From: Bugula neritina
Taxonomy: Eukaryota; Animalia; Bryozoa
DNA length: 64,000 bases
Assembly: GCA_964035545.1 (NCBI GenBank)
Contig: OZ037773.1
Span: forward strand, 10,569,751-10,633,750
Direction of reading: 5' to 3'
Shown here: in pieces, positions 1 through 12,257 of the stretch
Numbering within the stretch: the first letter of the stretch is position 1
Layout: each line of letters begins with the position of its first letter
Position numbers and translations under genes: made by a program
The notes under the pieces: generated by a model
Told to the model about the DNA's origin: nothing
Database searches by the model: none
Seen by the model: only the letters and a program-made list of their open reading frames with translations

Positions 1-352
1 TTCTACAGGTATTCATATTCTACAGGTATTCATACTTCTACAGGTATTCATACTCTACAGGTATTCATATTCTAGAGGTATTCATATTCTACAGGTATTC
101 ATATTCTACAGGTATTCATATTCTACAGGTATTCATACTCTACAGGTATTCATATTCTACAGGTATTCATATTCTACAGGTATTCATATTCTACAGGTAT
201 TCATATTCTACAGGTATTCATATTCTACAGGTATGCATGTTCTACAGGTATTCATATTCTACAGGTATTCATATTCTACAGGTATTCATATTCTACAGGT
301 ATTCATACTCTACAGGTATTCATACTCTACAGGTATTCATATTCTACAGGTA
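1..352. repeat. Intronic minisatellite, 17-bp unit ttctacaggtattcata
   Basis: ~20 near-perfect copies. Confidence 0.95.
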
Positions 353-368
353 TTATATAATGTTGTAG

Positions 369-1438
369 TTTGGCGAGGTTGTAATTGGGTGTACAACAAC
401 AGCCACTGTCTGCATGGAGATAGACTTAGAGAGGAAGTAGAACAGGATTCTGGGACAGTGGCTACCATCTTCACATGGACATGTTCTTGTACATCAGCTG
501 ACTATTGTAATGGTTCAGCTACCAGCTCCGTGATGTTACTTCCTCTGATAGCAGGTGTTTATATACCGTATGCTGCGTATATATTACTATTATACTTTGT
601 GTAATATATTACTAGTATACTCTGTGTAATATATTACTAGTATACTCTGTGTAATATATTACTAGTATACTGTATATATTACTAGTAAACTGTATATATT
701 ACTAGTATACTGTATATATTACTAGTATACTGTATATATTACTAGTATACTGTGTATATTACTAGTATACTGTATATATTACTAGTATACTGTATATATT
801 ACTAGTATACTCTGTGTAATATATTACTAGTATACTGTATATATTACTAGTATACTCTGTGTAATATATTACTAGTATACTGTATATATTACTAGTATAC
901 TGTATATATTACTAGTATACTCTGTGTAATATATTACTAGTATACTGTATATATTACTAGTATACTGTATATATTACTAGTATACTGTGTATATTACTAG
1001 TATACTGTGTATATTACTAGTATACTGTGTATATTACTAGTATACTGTATATATTACTAGTATACTCTGTGTAATATATTACTAGTATACTGTATATATT
1101 ACTAGTATACTGTATATATTACTAGTGTACTGTATATATTACTAGTGTACTGTATATATTACTAGTATACTGGATATATTACTAGTATACTGTGTATATT
1201 ACTAGTATACTGTATATATTACTAGTATACTGTATATATTACTAGTATACTGTATATATTACTACTGTACTGTATATATTACTAGTATACTGGATATATT
1301 ACTAGTATACTGTGTATATTACTAGTATACTGTATATATTACTAGTATACTGTATATATTACTAGTATACTGTATATATTACTACTGTACTGTGTATTTG
1401 CAGGAATCTGGGTGACTAATATGCTGTTTGGAATATAA
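369..1438 (+). CDS. 3' exons of a Ly6/uPAR three-finger (quiver/sleepless-like) GPI-anchored protein; 5' part lies outside the window
   Basis: Exon 369-554 (tgttgtag|TT..GCAG|gtgttt) encodes WRGCNW..HC..TCSCTSADYCN, the C-x-C-x4/5-CN end of three-finger domains. Exon 1404-1438 (tttgcag|) completes a hydrophobic GPI-signal-like tail GSATSSVMLLPLIAGIWVTNMLFGI*. Confidence 0.7.
580..1397. repeat. Intronic minisatellite, ~20-bp unit tatattactagtatactgta
   Basis: Direct inspection; 27-bp variants are interspersed. Confidence 0.95.
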
Positions 1439-2112
1439 TTTGGCACACACAAACCTCTGGAATTATAAATGATGTCACGAATATATTTATTCATCACAGG
1501 ACATGTTATACAGTTGAATGATAGAGATACAGTGATTTCAGTTCACTAGAGACATTAGCCATCTAACTGAAAGTTACATAATGCTTTCTCTGCTAGCTTT
1601 TGCAGTAATAATGCTATAATATAACATAATTTTAAATTAATTTTTTAAGAATTTACAGAAAAGCCAGTATCCTTTTCTCTTATAAAGACTTTCATTTCTT
1701 GATTCTCTTTTATTGTTAAAACAACATTTCTTGGAGCTTCTATTTTCTATTGAGTGTAATTTATTAATAAAATTACTGAAAGCCAAGCCTGTGGTATGTA
1801 GGCTGTAGCCTGGGGTGTCTGTTGAATACCAACTGTGTGTGTGAAGACTAGTGAGGTTCCCAGGGTTTGTGTCCCTTCTTGCATGAGGAATTTGAAGGGG
1901 AATACTTGGTTGGGAATAAGACAGATGTGCAAGTCCTTGTCCCTCATTCTTCTCAAGTATTTCTAAAATAATGACTTTTTACGGTACAAAACTAGCTTTT
2001 ACGACTCAGCCATGCTTATATTTTGACCTTGAAAATGTGTTTTATTGTATGATTGTAAAATTTATCTTGACATTAAAATTGGACTTCTGACAAAAAAGAT
2101 AAGCCATTGTCA

Positions 2113-2119
2113 TATAAAA
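2113..2119 (+). promoter_or_regulatory. Candidate TATA box of the PLB1-like gene
   Basis: TATAAAA ~70 nt upstream of the ATG at 2187. Confidence 0.4.
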
Positions 2120-2186
2120 CTCATTGGAATCACCAAAACACCTCAGAAACTGTTTTGTCTGCATCTTCGAAAGTTCTTCTTTTAAA

Positions 2187-5100
2187 ATGGCAGCTTTTTT
2201 CAAACTTATTTTCATATCCATGGCTTTGGTCACCTTTTCTGGTAAGTGTTATCTTCTCCTGTTAAACTATCCTCTCTCTCGTATCTACATTGAACAACTG
2301 TAATGTAATAATGGGAAATTCCTTTACTATTTATGAAGTTGTTTGCCCACTCAATTTTTTTTCCAGGTACAGATGGCCGGCCCACTAGCTCCTCACTCCA
2401 CGGCTCCTTCAAGCGTTACGTCACATTACTAAAGAAGATCAACGACTCTCCCGCTCTCAGAGCAGAGTGGAGCAAGCATGTTCAAACCATTCGGGAAGAA
2501 CCTGTATGTAACTTATGAGTTTAAATCCAACTTGCAAAATAAAAAATCATTTGTGTAGATTTACAGTCTATTATTATTTAAAGTTTCCAACTCAAGTTAC
2601 CTGTAGTAGTTTGTTAGGGTACAACACAGCAATGTGTATAGTAGGTCTGCTTTAAACTCTTATCTTATTGTGTCATAAAACTTGCCTGTTGGATTATAGT
2701 AATAGTGTAATTCTTCATAAGATAGCAGCACTTTGTTGGTAACTGCAGCTTTTTTATCCTGAAACTGGGAATTTTAGTTACTAAAGTATATTACACGTAC
2801 AGTGACCTAGTATATTGCTACTTACAGTATATTGCTACTTACAGTATATTGCTACTTACAGTATATTACTACTTACAGTATATTGCTACTTACTGTATAT
2901 TGCTACTTACAGTATATTACTACTTACAGTATATTGCTACTTACAGTATATTGCTACTTACAGTATATTGTTACTTACAGTATATTACTACTTACTGTAT
3001 ATTGCTACTTACAGTATATTACTACTTACAGTCTATTACTACTTACTGTATATTGCTACTTACAGTATATTGCTACTTACAGTATATTGCTACTTACAGT
3101 ATAATACTACTTACAGTATATTGCTACTTACAGTATATTGCTACTTACAGTATATTGCTACTTACAGTATATTGCTACTTACAGTCTATTGCTACTTACA
3201 GTATATTGCTACTTACTGTATATTGCTACTTACAGTATATTACTACTTACAGTATATTGCTACTTACAGTATATTGCTACTTACTGTATGTCTGTTTATG
3301 TAGGCTTTGCACGACTTTCAAGAGAATGGAAAAAAATTTGCTCTGAGTTGTGAAAATGCTGGGCGTTCACCCTCAAGGCCAACATCAGGTCAGACTTCTG
3401 TATTACTTTGAGTATGAATTATATTACTTCAAGTATGAATTATATTACTTCAAGTATGAATTATATTACTTCAAGTATGAATTATATTACTTAGTCTGGT
3501 TTCTGTAGTTCATAGACTGAGAGCAGGAGATATTGATGTGGTGGCTGCCATGGGAGACTCCCTCACTGCTGGTAACGGAGCCTTAGCCTCGACTATCTTC
3601 GGTTGTCTCACAGAATATAGGGGGCGCTCTTGGAGGTATCCACCCTACTAGTGACTAGTGACTATATACTATGTACAGTGTAGTACTGCTATACATTACA
3701 CTGTATGTTTATATATTTCTTCAAGGGATAATGTAGCATAATTTGTTTTATTTGACTGTTACAGTATAGGAGGGGACCTAAGCTATGAACAAGGGGTTAC
3801 CACCCTCCCCAGTAAGTTATCCACCCCCTTATTTAAGACGTGTCCGGTATTTAAACACTTGTTGCTATGTCACCACTGTTGCTATGTAAACACTGTTGCT
3901 ATGTAAACACATGCTGTTGCTATGTAAACAGCTGTTGCTATGTAAACACTGTTCCTATGTAAACACATGCTGTTGCTATGTAAACAGTTGTTGCTATGTA
4001 AACGCTGTTGCTATGTAAACACATGCTGTTGCTGTGTGCTGCAGATATCCTGAGAAACTTTAATCCAGCGATCAAGGGATTCTCAGTGGGACGTGGAGAC
4101 GAGAATTCCTCTGGTGCCAAGATGAATGTAGCTGTTGCTGGTGCTATTGCGCAGTGCGTGTTACACTAGTATAGTATAGTATAGTATACAGAGTACTTAG
4201 TATATATAGAGTATAATATACAGAGTACTCAGTATATATAGAGTATAGTATACAGAGTACTTAGTATATACAGAGTATATATAGAGTACTTACAATATAC
4301 AGAGTGACTGTGTTTACAGAGACATGCCCACTCAAGCCATAGAGCTGGTGAAGCGTCTTCATGATGATTCTGGCGTTGACTTCAACAATGACTGGAAGAT
4401 GGTGACTCTGTTTATTGGAGGGAATAATCTGTGTGACTATTGCAATGACTATGTGAGCTGTATTACCTCTTGTGATTGGTTGATAGATTGCATGCTGTCA
4501 TGTGATTGGTTGATGGTTTGCGTGCTGTCACGTGATTGGTGCATCAATCTTGTGATAGTAAAATGTGTTTTATTGGTCACATTTCCCTAGAACGCCCACT
4601 CAGCCGAGACCATGATAGCTAATGTGAAGGCAGCTGTGGACTATCTCTTCGACAACTTGCCGAGGACATTCGTGAACCTGGTGGAGATCTTTGATATCGC
4701 TCCTGTGGCTAACCTCGGCAACGGGTTCATCTGCGGCCTCGTTCACAAGTATGTGAGTCAACATGTGTGACATGTTTACTCAGTACTGTGACATGTTTAC
4801 TCAGTACTGTGTGACATGTTTACTCAGTGCTGTGTGTGACATGTTTACTCAGTGCTGTGACATGTTTACTCAGTACTGTGACATGTTTACTCAGTACTGT
4901 GTGACATGTTTACTCAGTGCTGTGTGACATGTTTACTCAGTACTGTGTGACATGTTTACTCAGTGCTGTGTGACATGTTTACTCAGTGCTGTGACATGTT
5001 TACTCAGTACTGTGTGTGACATGTTTACTCAGTACTGTGTGACATGTTTACTCAGTACTGTGTGTGACATGTTTACTCAGTACTGTGTGTGACATGTTTA

Positions 5101-7864
5101 CTCAGTACTGTGTGACATGTTTACTCAGTGCTGTGTGACATGTTTACTCAGTGCTGTGACATGTTTGCTCAGTGCTGTGACATGTTTACTCAGTGCTGTG
5201 TGACATGTTTACTCAGTACTGTGTGACATGTTTACTCAGTGCTGTGTGACATGTTTACTCAGTACTGTGTGACATGTTTACTCAGTGCTATGTGTGACAT
5301 GTTTACTCAGTACTATGTGACATGTTTACTCAGTGCTGTGACATGTTTACTCAGTGCTGTGGCATGTTTACTCAGTACTGTGTGACATGTTTACTCAGTA
5401 CTGTGACATGTTTACTCAGTACTGTGACATGTTTACTCAGTGCTGTGTGTGACATGTTTACTCAGTACTGTGTGACATGTTTACTCAGTGCTGTGTGTGA
5501 CATGTTTACTCAGTGCTGTGGCATGTTTACTCAGTACTGTGACATGTTTACTCAGTACTGTGACATGTTTACTCAGTGCTGTGTGTGACATGTTTACTCA
5601 GTACTATGTGACATGTTTACTCAGTACTGTGTGTGACATGTTTACTCAGTGCTGTGTGACATGTTTACTCAGTGCTGTGTGTGACATGTTTACTCAGTAC
5701 TATGTGACATGTTTACTCAGTACTGTGACATGTTTACTCAGTACTGTGTGACATGTTTACTCAGTACTGTGACATGTTTACTCAGTGCTGTGTGTGGGTG
5801 TGGTCACGGTGCTGACGCCAACACCGAAGAGCTCACTGCTCTGTCCGTCGCCTACCAGAAGGCTGTAGAGGATCTCGTGGCGAGTGGCAGATACGATGGG
5901 AAAGACGACTTCGCAGTTGTGAGTCAGACATTCTTCAAGGAGACCACGCCTCCTCCGAAGGTATTGACTTTGTCACCTCCTCTCTCATTGGATAACTCTC
6001 TTCTCCTCTCTCATTGGATATATCTATTGTATTTACTCGTATTAATATTTTAGGCGAATGGAGACCCTGATCTCTCATACTTTGCACCCGACTGTTTCCA
6101 TTTTAGTTCCAAGGGACAGAATACTGCTGGTAAAGGGCTCTGGCTCTCTCTGGTGTGTTTTTCTTGACTTCTGCATATTACACTTACTATATATCTGTAT
6201 ATTACACTTACTATATATCTGCATATTACACTTACTATATATCTGTATATTACACTTACTATATATCTGTATATTACACTTACTATATATCTGTATATTA
6301 CACTTACTATATATCTGCATATTACACTTACTATATATCTGTATATTACACTTACTATATATCTGTATATTACACTTACTATATATCTTTATATTACACT
6401 TACTATATATCTGTATATTACACTTACTATATATCTGTATATTACACTTACTATATATCTGCATATTACACTTACTATATATCTGCATATTACACTTACT
6501 ATATATCTGTATATTACACTTACTATATATCTGTATATTACACTTACTATATATCTGTATATTACACTTACTATATATCTGTATATTACACTTACTATAT
6601 ATCTGCATATTACACTTACTATATATCTGCATATTACACTTACTATATATCTGTATATTACACTTACTATATATCTGTATATTACACTTACTATATATCT
6701 GTATATTACACTTACTATATATCTGTATATTACACTTACTATATATCTGTATATTACACTTACTATATATCTGTATATTACACTTACTATATATCTGTAT
6801 ATTACACTTACTATATATCTGTATATTACACTTACTATATATCTGTATATTATTACATTTTCTGCAGATTGAACCTGTTGGCCGGAAGCCGAAGGATTGG
6901 GGACTTGATCAGGCAGTTGAGTGTCCCAAAGTAAGTATAGAGTAATATATGATATACTGTATAGTATAGAGTAATATATGATACACTGTATAGTATAGAG
7001 TAATATATGATATACTGTATAGTATAGAGTAATATATGATATACTGTATAGTATAGAGTAATATATGATATACTGTATAGTATAAAGTAATATATGATAT
7101 ACTCTATAGTATAGAGTAATATATGATATACTGTATAGTATAGAGTAATATATGATATACTGTATAGTATAGAGTAATATATGATATACTGTATAGTATA
7201 GAGTAATATATGATATACTGTATAGTATAGAGTAATATATGATATACTGTATAGTATAGAGTAATATATGATATACTGTATAGTATAGAGTAATATATGA
7301 TATACTGTATAGTATAGAGTAATATATGATCTACTGTATAGTATAGAGTAATATATGATATACTGTATAGTATAGAGTAATATATGATATACTGTATAGT
7401 ATAGAGTAATATATGATATACTGTATAGTATAAAGTAATATATGATATACTGTATAGTATAGAGTAATATATGATATACTGTATAGTATAGAGTAATATA
7501 TGATATACTGTATAGTATAGAGTAATATATGATATACTGTATAGTATAGAGTAATATATGATATACTGTATCGTATAGAGTAATATATGATATACTATAT
7601 AGTATAGAGTAATATATGATATACTGTATAGTATAGAGTAATATATGATATACTGTATAGTATAGAGTAATATATGATATACTGTATAGTATAGAGTAAT
7701 ATATGATATACTGTATAGTATAGAGTAATATATGATATACTGTATAGTATAGAGTAATATATGATATACTGTATAGTATAGAGTAATATATGATATACTG
7801 TATAGTATAGAGTAATATATCTCTATTTTAGACGGAGTTTTTACCAACTCGAAAGAATTATTAG
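2187..7864 (+). CDS. PLB1: Phospholipase B1-like SGNH/GDSL lipase, single catalytic domain, signal peptide, ~406 aa, 12 exons
   Basis: Exons 2187-2241, 2367-2503, 3304-3388, 3509-3635, 3765-3811, 4045-4153, 4320-4452, 4591-4748, 5786-5960, 6054-6152, 6868-6930, 7832-7864; all GT-AG and phase-consistent. Motifs: [19 protein letters not shown] (signal), [66 protein letters not shown]. Confidence 0.92.
2810..3288. repeat. Intronic minisatellite, 17-bp unit tattgctacttacagta
   Basis: ~28 copies in PLB1 intron 2. Confidence 0.95.
4761..5795. repeat. Intronic minisatellite, 21-25-bp unit gtgacatgtttactcagtrct(gt)n
   Basis: ~40+ copies; the last copy runs into exon 5786. Confidence 0.95.
6171..6852. 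repeat. Intronic minisatellite, 24-bp unit ctgtatattacacttactatatat
   Basis: ~28 copies. Confidence 0.95.
6934..7820. repeat. Intronic minisatellite, 29-bp unit agtatagagtaatatatgatatactgtat
   Basis: ~30 copies starting at donor position +4. Confidence 0.95.
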
Positions 7865-8034
7865 AGCCTGGAATGTCCAACTCAATATTATTACGTAATA
7901 TCTTTTGATTATTATAATTGCTTTTTCTTTCTGATGAAGCTAACAATTTTTTTTTCAATTGTCTATGTCCGGGTTCATTAAAGTTGCGACACTTCATCTA
8001 TATGCAAGTGATATTTTCTTCTTTCAGTTGCTCA

Positions 8035-8862
8035 CAAGTTGGAGTTGTCACTCCTCACATAATTGTACACAAGTTGGAGTTGTCACTCCTCACATAATTG
8101 TACACAAGTTAAAGTTGTCACTCCTCACATAATTGTACACAAGTTACCCCCTGTTCACACATTGCCGCATGTAAACCGTAACAGCACAAACAAAATGGCG
8201 CTGCTGTTACATTTTGTCAACGGGCGGGCGTTCAAACATTGACGAGAATTACAACGCATGACGCTGAGTTATGACCAATCAAAATGAGGTTAATTCTTCT
8301 CTGCAGTGACTTGTACTCCTTTGGATATTATTTACAAATTATTCACATTCTTTTCAAAAGATGTTATATAAATGCTATTGACTAGATAAGAGCAATTAAA
8401 TGAAAAATCTTTTTTTAAATATATTTGATTTTTAAAATAGTTGTGCAAACTTATTTAAATAATAAATATTTAAGCCGTCTAAATAATTTTTAAGTTTTTA
8501 GTTTGTGTACTTTTGTGATTAGGGAAAGCTAGATTTTTAAGCTGAGTTTAATTCAAACAAGCCGGGTAAAGATTTTTTAATTCTTTAAAGCTTTTGAATC
8601 AGTTAAATTGAATCAGCAATAAGCAATTAAAATAAACTAGCGAAAATGCTCTTTAAATTTTAGTACCAGATCAACTCTAGCCAATGGGAGCCCGCCGTGA
8701 TTTTTCGAATCAAGCACTGCTTGATCAACGCTGCAGCGTATACCGGGTACGATTCAGCTCGGATGTTAACAAAGATGGTGGATATTTGCTGTTGCGGCTT
8801 ACGGTGCGGCAATGTGTGAACAGGGGGTTAGAGTTGTCACTCCTCACATAATTGTACACAAG
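8035..8862. repeat. 35-bp tandem repeat interrupted by the MITE
   Basis: caagttggagttgtcactcctcacataattgtaca at 8035, 8070 and 8105; the fourth copy is split by the element. Confidence 0.9.
8147..8827. mobile_element. Non-autonomous DNA transposon (MITE), PIF/Harbinger-like
   Basis: Perfect 23-bp TIR ccccctgttcacacattgccgca / tgcggcaatgtgtgaacaggggg, imperfect to ~40 bp. 3-bp TTA target duplication at 8144-8146 and 8828-8830. No coding capacity. Confidence 0.88.
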
Positions 8863-11800
8863 GCTGCTGTGTTGCTTTCTTTAACTGCTGTTATGTGTAG
8901 TTGAAGCAGTTCTTGCTTTGAATTTATTCAACATGCAAAAGTGACTCCATTTATCCAGCTGCAGTAGAATATTTATTAACTAGCGTATAATTATTGAACT
9001 TGTCACCTCAGTCATTGCAAGACTGGATTAACTTCTAAGTATAGAATGGTCAGTCATGTAAAGTGTTGTGAAATGTATTTAAATAGTAATTGTAGCTTAT
9101 AGCAATAAAGTATATGATTCTGTAATATGTATAGTATATATAATCTCATGGATTATTTGTATTTATTGTCTTACCCTGTATAAGCTTACATAAGTATAGA
9201 TATTTACAAGATGTTATTTCCTATATAACAGAGCTTTCATCATAGAAAGAAACTCTAAGATGCTAGACTTGTGAAGAAACTAACATGTATACATAGTCTT
9301 ATATTTTCAACCACATACCTCACCCAATGTGCTCATTATTGGCCTTAGAGCTTGTTTTATTAGAGTTGCCCCACTTTCTCAAAACCATATTAAAGGCTTA
9401 CAACTGTAAACCTTCCACATTGTCTTGTTGAAGATTATTTATTGAAACACTAAATCTTTCTAATAATGTTGCTGGGAAGGCAGAGGACCGATGGTCTTAG
9501 TATCTAATAATGTTGCTGGGAAGGCAGAGGACCAATGGTCTTAGTATTTTAATACTCGAAGCAATGCTTAATCTTCGGATATGAAATACTGGTGCTTTAT
9601 GTTTAACTGCTGCTCACCGACAGACTGCAGGCAGGCAGCGTATTTGCCTTCACTAAATGACCTTCTGCTACATCCATAGTTATTCTCCACAATATATATC
9701 TAGAAAGTACCTGTTTGAAGAGGCCGTTGTTCCCATGAACATAACTCATGGCATAACATGACATTGTGTAGCAGCGTACCAGAGAAACTGGGTACAACAA
9801 CAGCGTTGCAGTAGGTGCACTTGTAGAACATGACGTAATGTTACATATATTCATAACAATCTCTATCCTAACTCGGGGTCACTCAGTGCAAACTCTCTCC
9901 ACTCATATCGCACTATTTTATTACCTTAATAACGCCAGCTATGATCACGTGAGAGACTCATAGCTCTACTTGCTCAACACTGAGGTGTTATTGTCAAAAT
10001 ATGTGGTGCAGTAACAGTTTATCTATATTTAATTGTCAAAATATCAGTTCACTGATTTGCATATGGTGTATTCTAGCAATGATTCCCCATTGAGCACATC
10101 CTGTTCAGCTTCATTTAGTAATCATTGATTTTTTATTTGTGGTCTATAAATATTTTTCTGTCTGTAATATTGTGATAAGATATAAGGCAATATATATCAT
10201 ACTATAATATGCATCATAATATGTATATACAGCGTATAACCTCCATTCTCTATACTGCAGCATCTCTTTAACAGATGAATGAACTGTAAATTCCTTTTAT
10301 TCCACTTTGCTACAAACATGCCTCGCTTTTGAGTATAAATACTTCATTTCAAAGCTGTTTCAATTACTCAGTTTTTTCAGTAAAAATAGTGTTACAAGTG
10401 CCTGCCAGCACCTGTTGTGAGGAGTCAGTGAGGGCATTTGTGTGCAGCACAATCCAATGCACTGAAATACCCAAAGAATTCTACCACCAATACAACCACC
10501 TAGTTTCTCCAACCACTTCCACATATTCTCTGCATTCTCCTCACCAGAAGTGCACAGTTCCCAGATCTTACCATACATTCCGGTCACAATGGATACTTAC
10601 TGGTGGAAGGGGTGGATTTAAACTTTCCAGATGGTGAAAAGGGGGTTACACATTAAGCACTACTCTCTCATGTAAATATAATAGAATCGGGCTACATAAG
10701 TTTAAACTATGAACCATAATATGCATAGCTTTGAAAATTAACCCTCTAGAAAGATGGATGAATACGCTTGAGGTAAAATGTCATCATCTGGTTTTATATT
10801 TTAAAATTGAGGTTATATTTGAAAGCTGAGCCTTCCCCAGGATCTCCTGGTCAATCCACTCACTTCTTTCAAATCTATTTTTAGAAGTTATTAATTTCCT
10901 GGAGTATTAATAGAGTTGTGGAGCACACAAAGGGGGTTCAAGCTCAACCAACCTGTCACCAAGTGCTCTTAGTGCAGGCACACTACTCCCCAACTTTGGT
11001 TTAAAATGTTCAGATTTTTCTTGTTTTTGAATAGATTCTGCTAAATGGAAACAAAAGGAATTCAAGTGGCATGCCATATCTCCTATTGTTTCAGAATTAT
11101 AACTGCCACATTATAATCACTAAGCATAGCTAAGTTGCTGCAGCGCACTGGGTATAACCAAGTAGTAAACACATCATACCATTGTTCAGCGGAGGGTTGG
11201 GCCCACCACAACCTTAGTTATATCAACTGATAAATTACAGTAAAACTAATTATATCTTCATTTGCAATTAAATAAATTCTCTTCTTTATAGTAAAGCAGG
11301 CAATTGTTCCAAGAGTGGGTTATTGAATAGAAAATGGTTCACAAACATGCATACATTATCCAGAGTAGGCAGAGAGAGGTACAGAGTAGGCAGATAGAGG
11401 TACAGAGTAGGCACAGGGGAGGTCCTGACCGGCCTTCAGTATCTCTAAGTCTCCTTGTACAGAGAAATTGAGCTCTAGAGGCAGCTAGTAGACTATGACA
11501 AGGCAAAACAATGACCTCTCTCTGCACTAACTATCGTGGGAGTATTACCCTGGCAGAGGTTTAGGGAGAACAACTCCTACAAACTACTCGATGTATACAT
11601 AAGCTACATATAATATATAACTAATACAGTAATCTTTGGCAGTGCTTACTACTTAACAGCCATAAACACCACAAACTCATTTGCTCTTTCTAGCTAATTG
11701 AGGTACCCCCCCCCCTCTTCACAGTTTTATAATTGAAAATGTATGGAATCTATAGCTGTGGGTGTAGCGTTTGTCAGAGTGACAATAATTTAATAAGCTA

Positions 11801-12015
11801 TCCGATATTTATTTTTATATAGCCCATCAACGCTTCCACTGTGTTGTCTCTAAATTATACTTACTTCAGTTGACATGGAACACATCACAGGGTGTGTCCC
11901 CTGTTTTTGACGTCAGCTTTTATACAGGAGTTTGGAATAAAGTTCTCCTTTGACCAAAAACCTGTCAACTGTTGGGTCTTCCTCAAGTTTAGCAACTTCC
12001 ATGAATACTTATGAC

Positions 12016-12257
12016 TAGAGAGAGTATATTATACTATACTATACTGAAGTATATACTAGAGAGAGTATATTATACTGTACTATACTGAGGTATATACTAG
12101 AGAGAGTATATTATACTGTACTATACTGAGGTATATACTAGAGAGAGTATATATTATACTATACTATACTGAGGTATGTAATAGAGAGAGTATATTATAC
12201 TATACTATACTGAAGTATATACTAGAGAGAGTATATTATACTATACTATACTGAGGT
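12016..12257. repeat. ~39-bp AT-rich minisatellite
   Basis: ctagagagagtatattatactatactatactgaggtatata-type units. Confidence 0.85.

Noticed and set aside
6058-7997. Long hydrophobic ORFs (295, 259, 185, 297 aa)
   Set aside because: These are translations of intronic 24- and 29-bp repeats.
10329-10637. ORFs on both strands in a GC-richer patch
   Set aside because: No recognisable motif or consistent splice partners.
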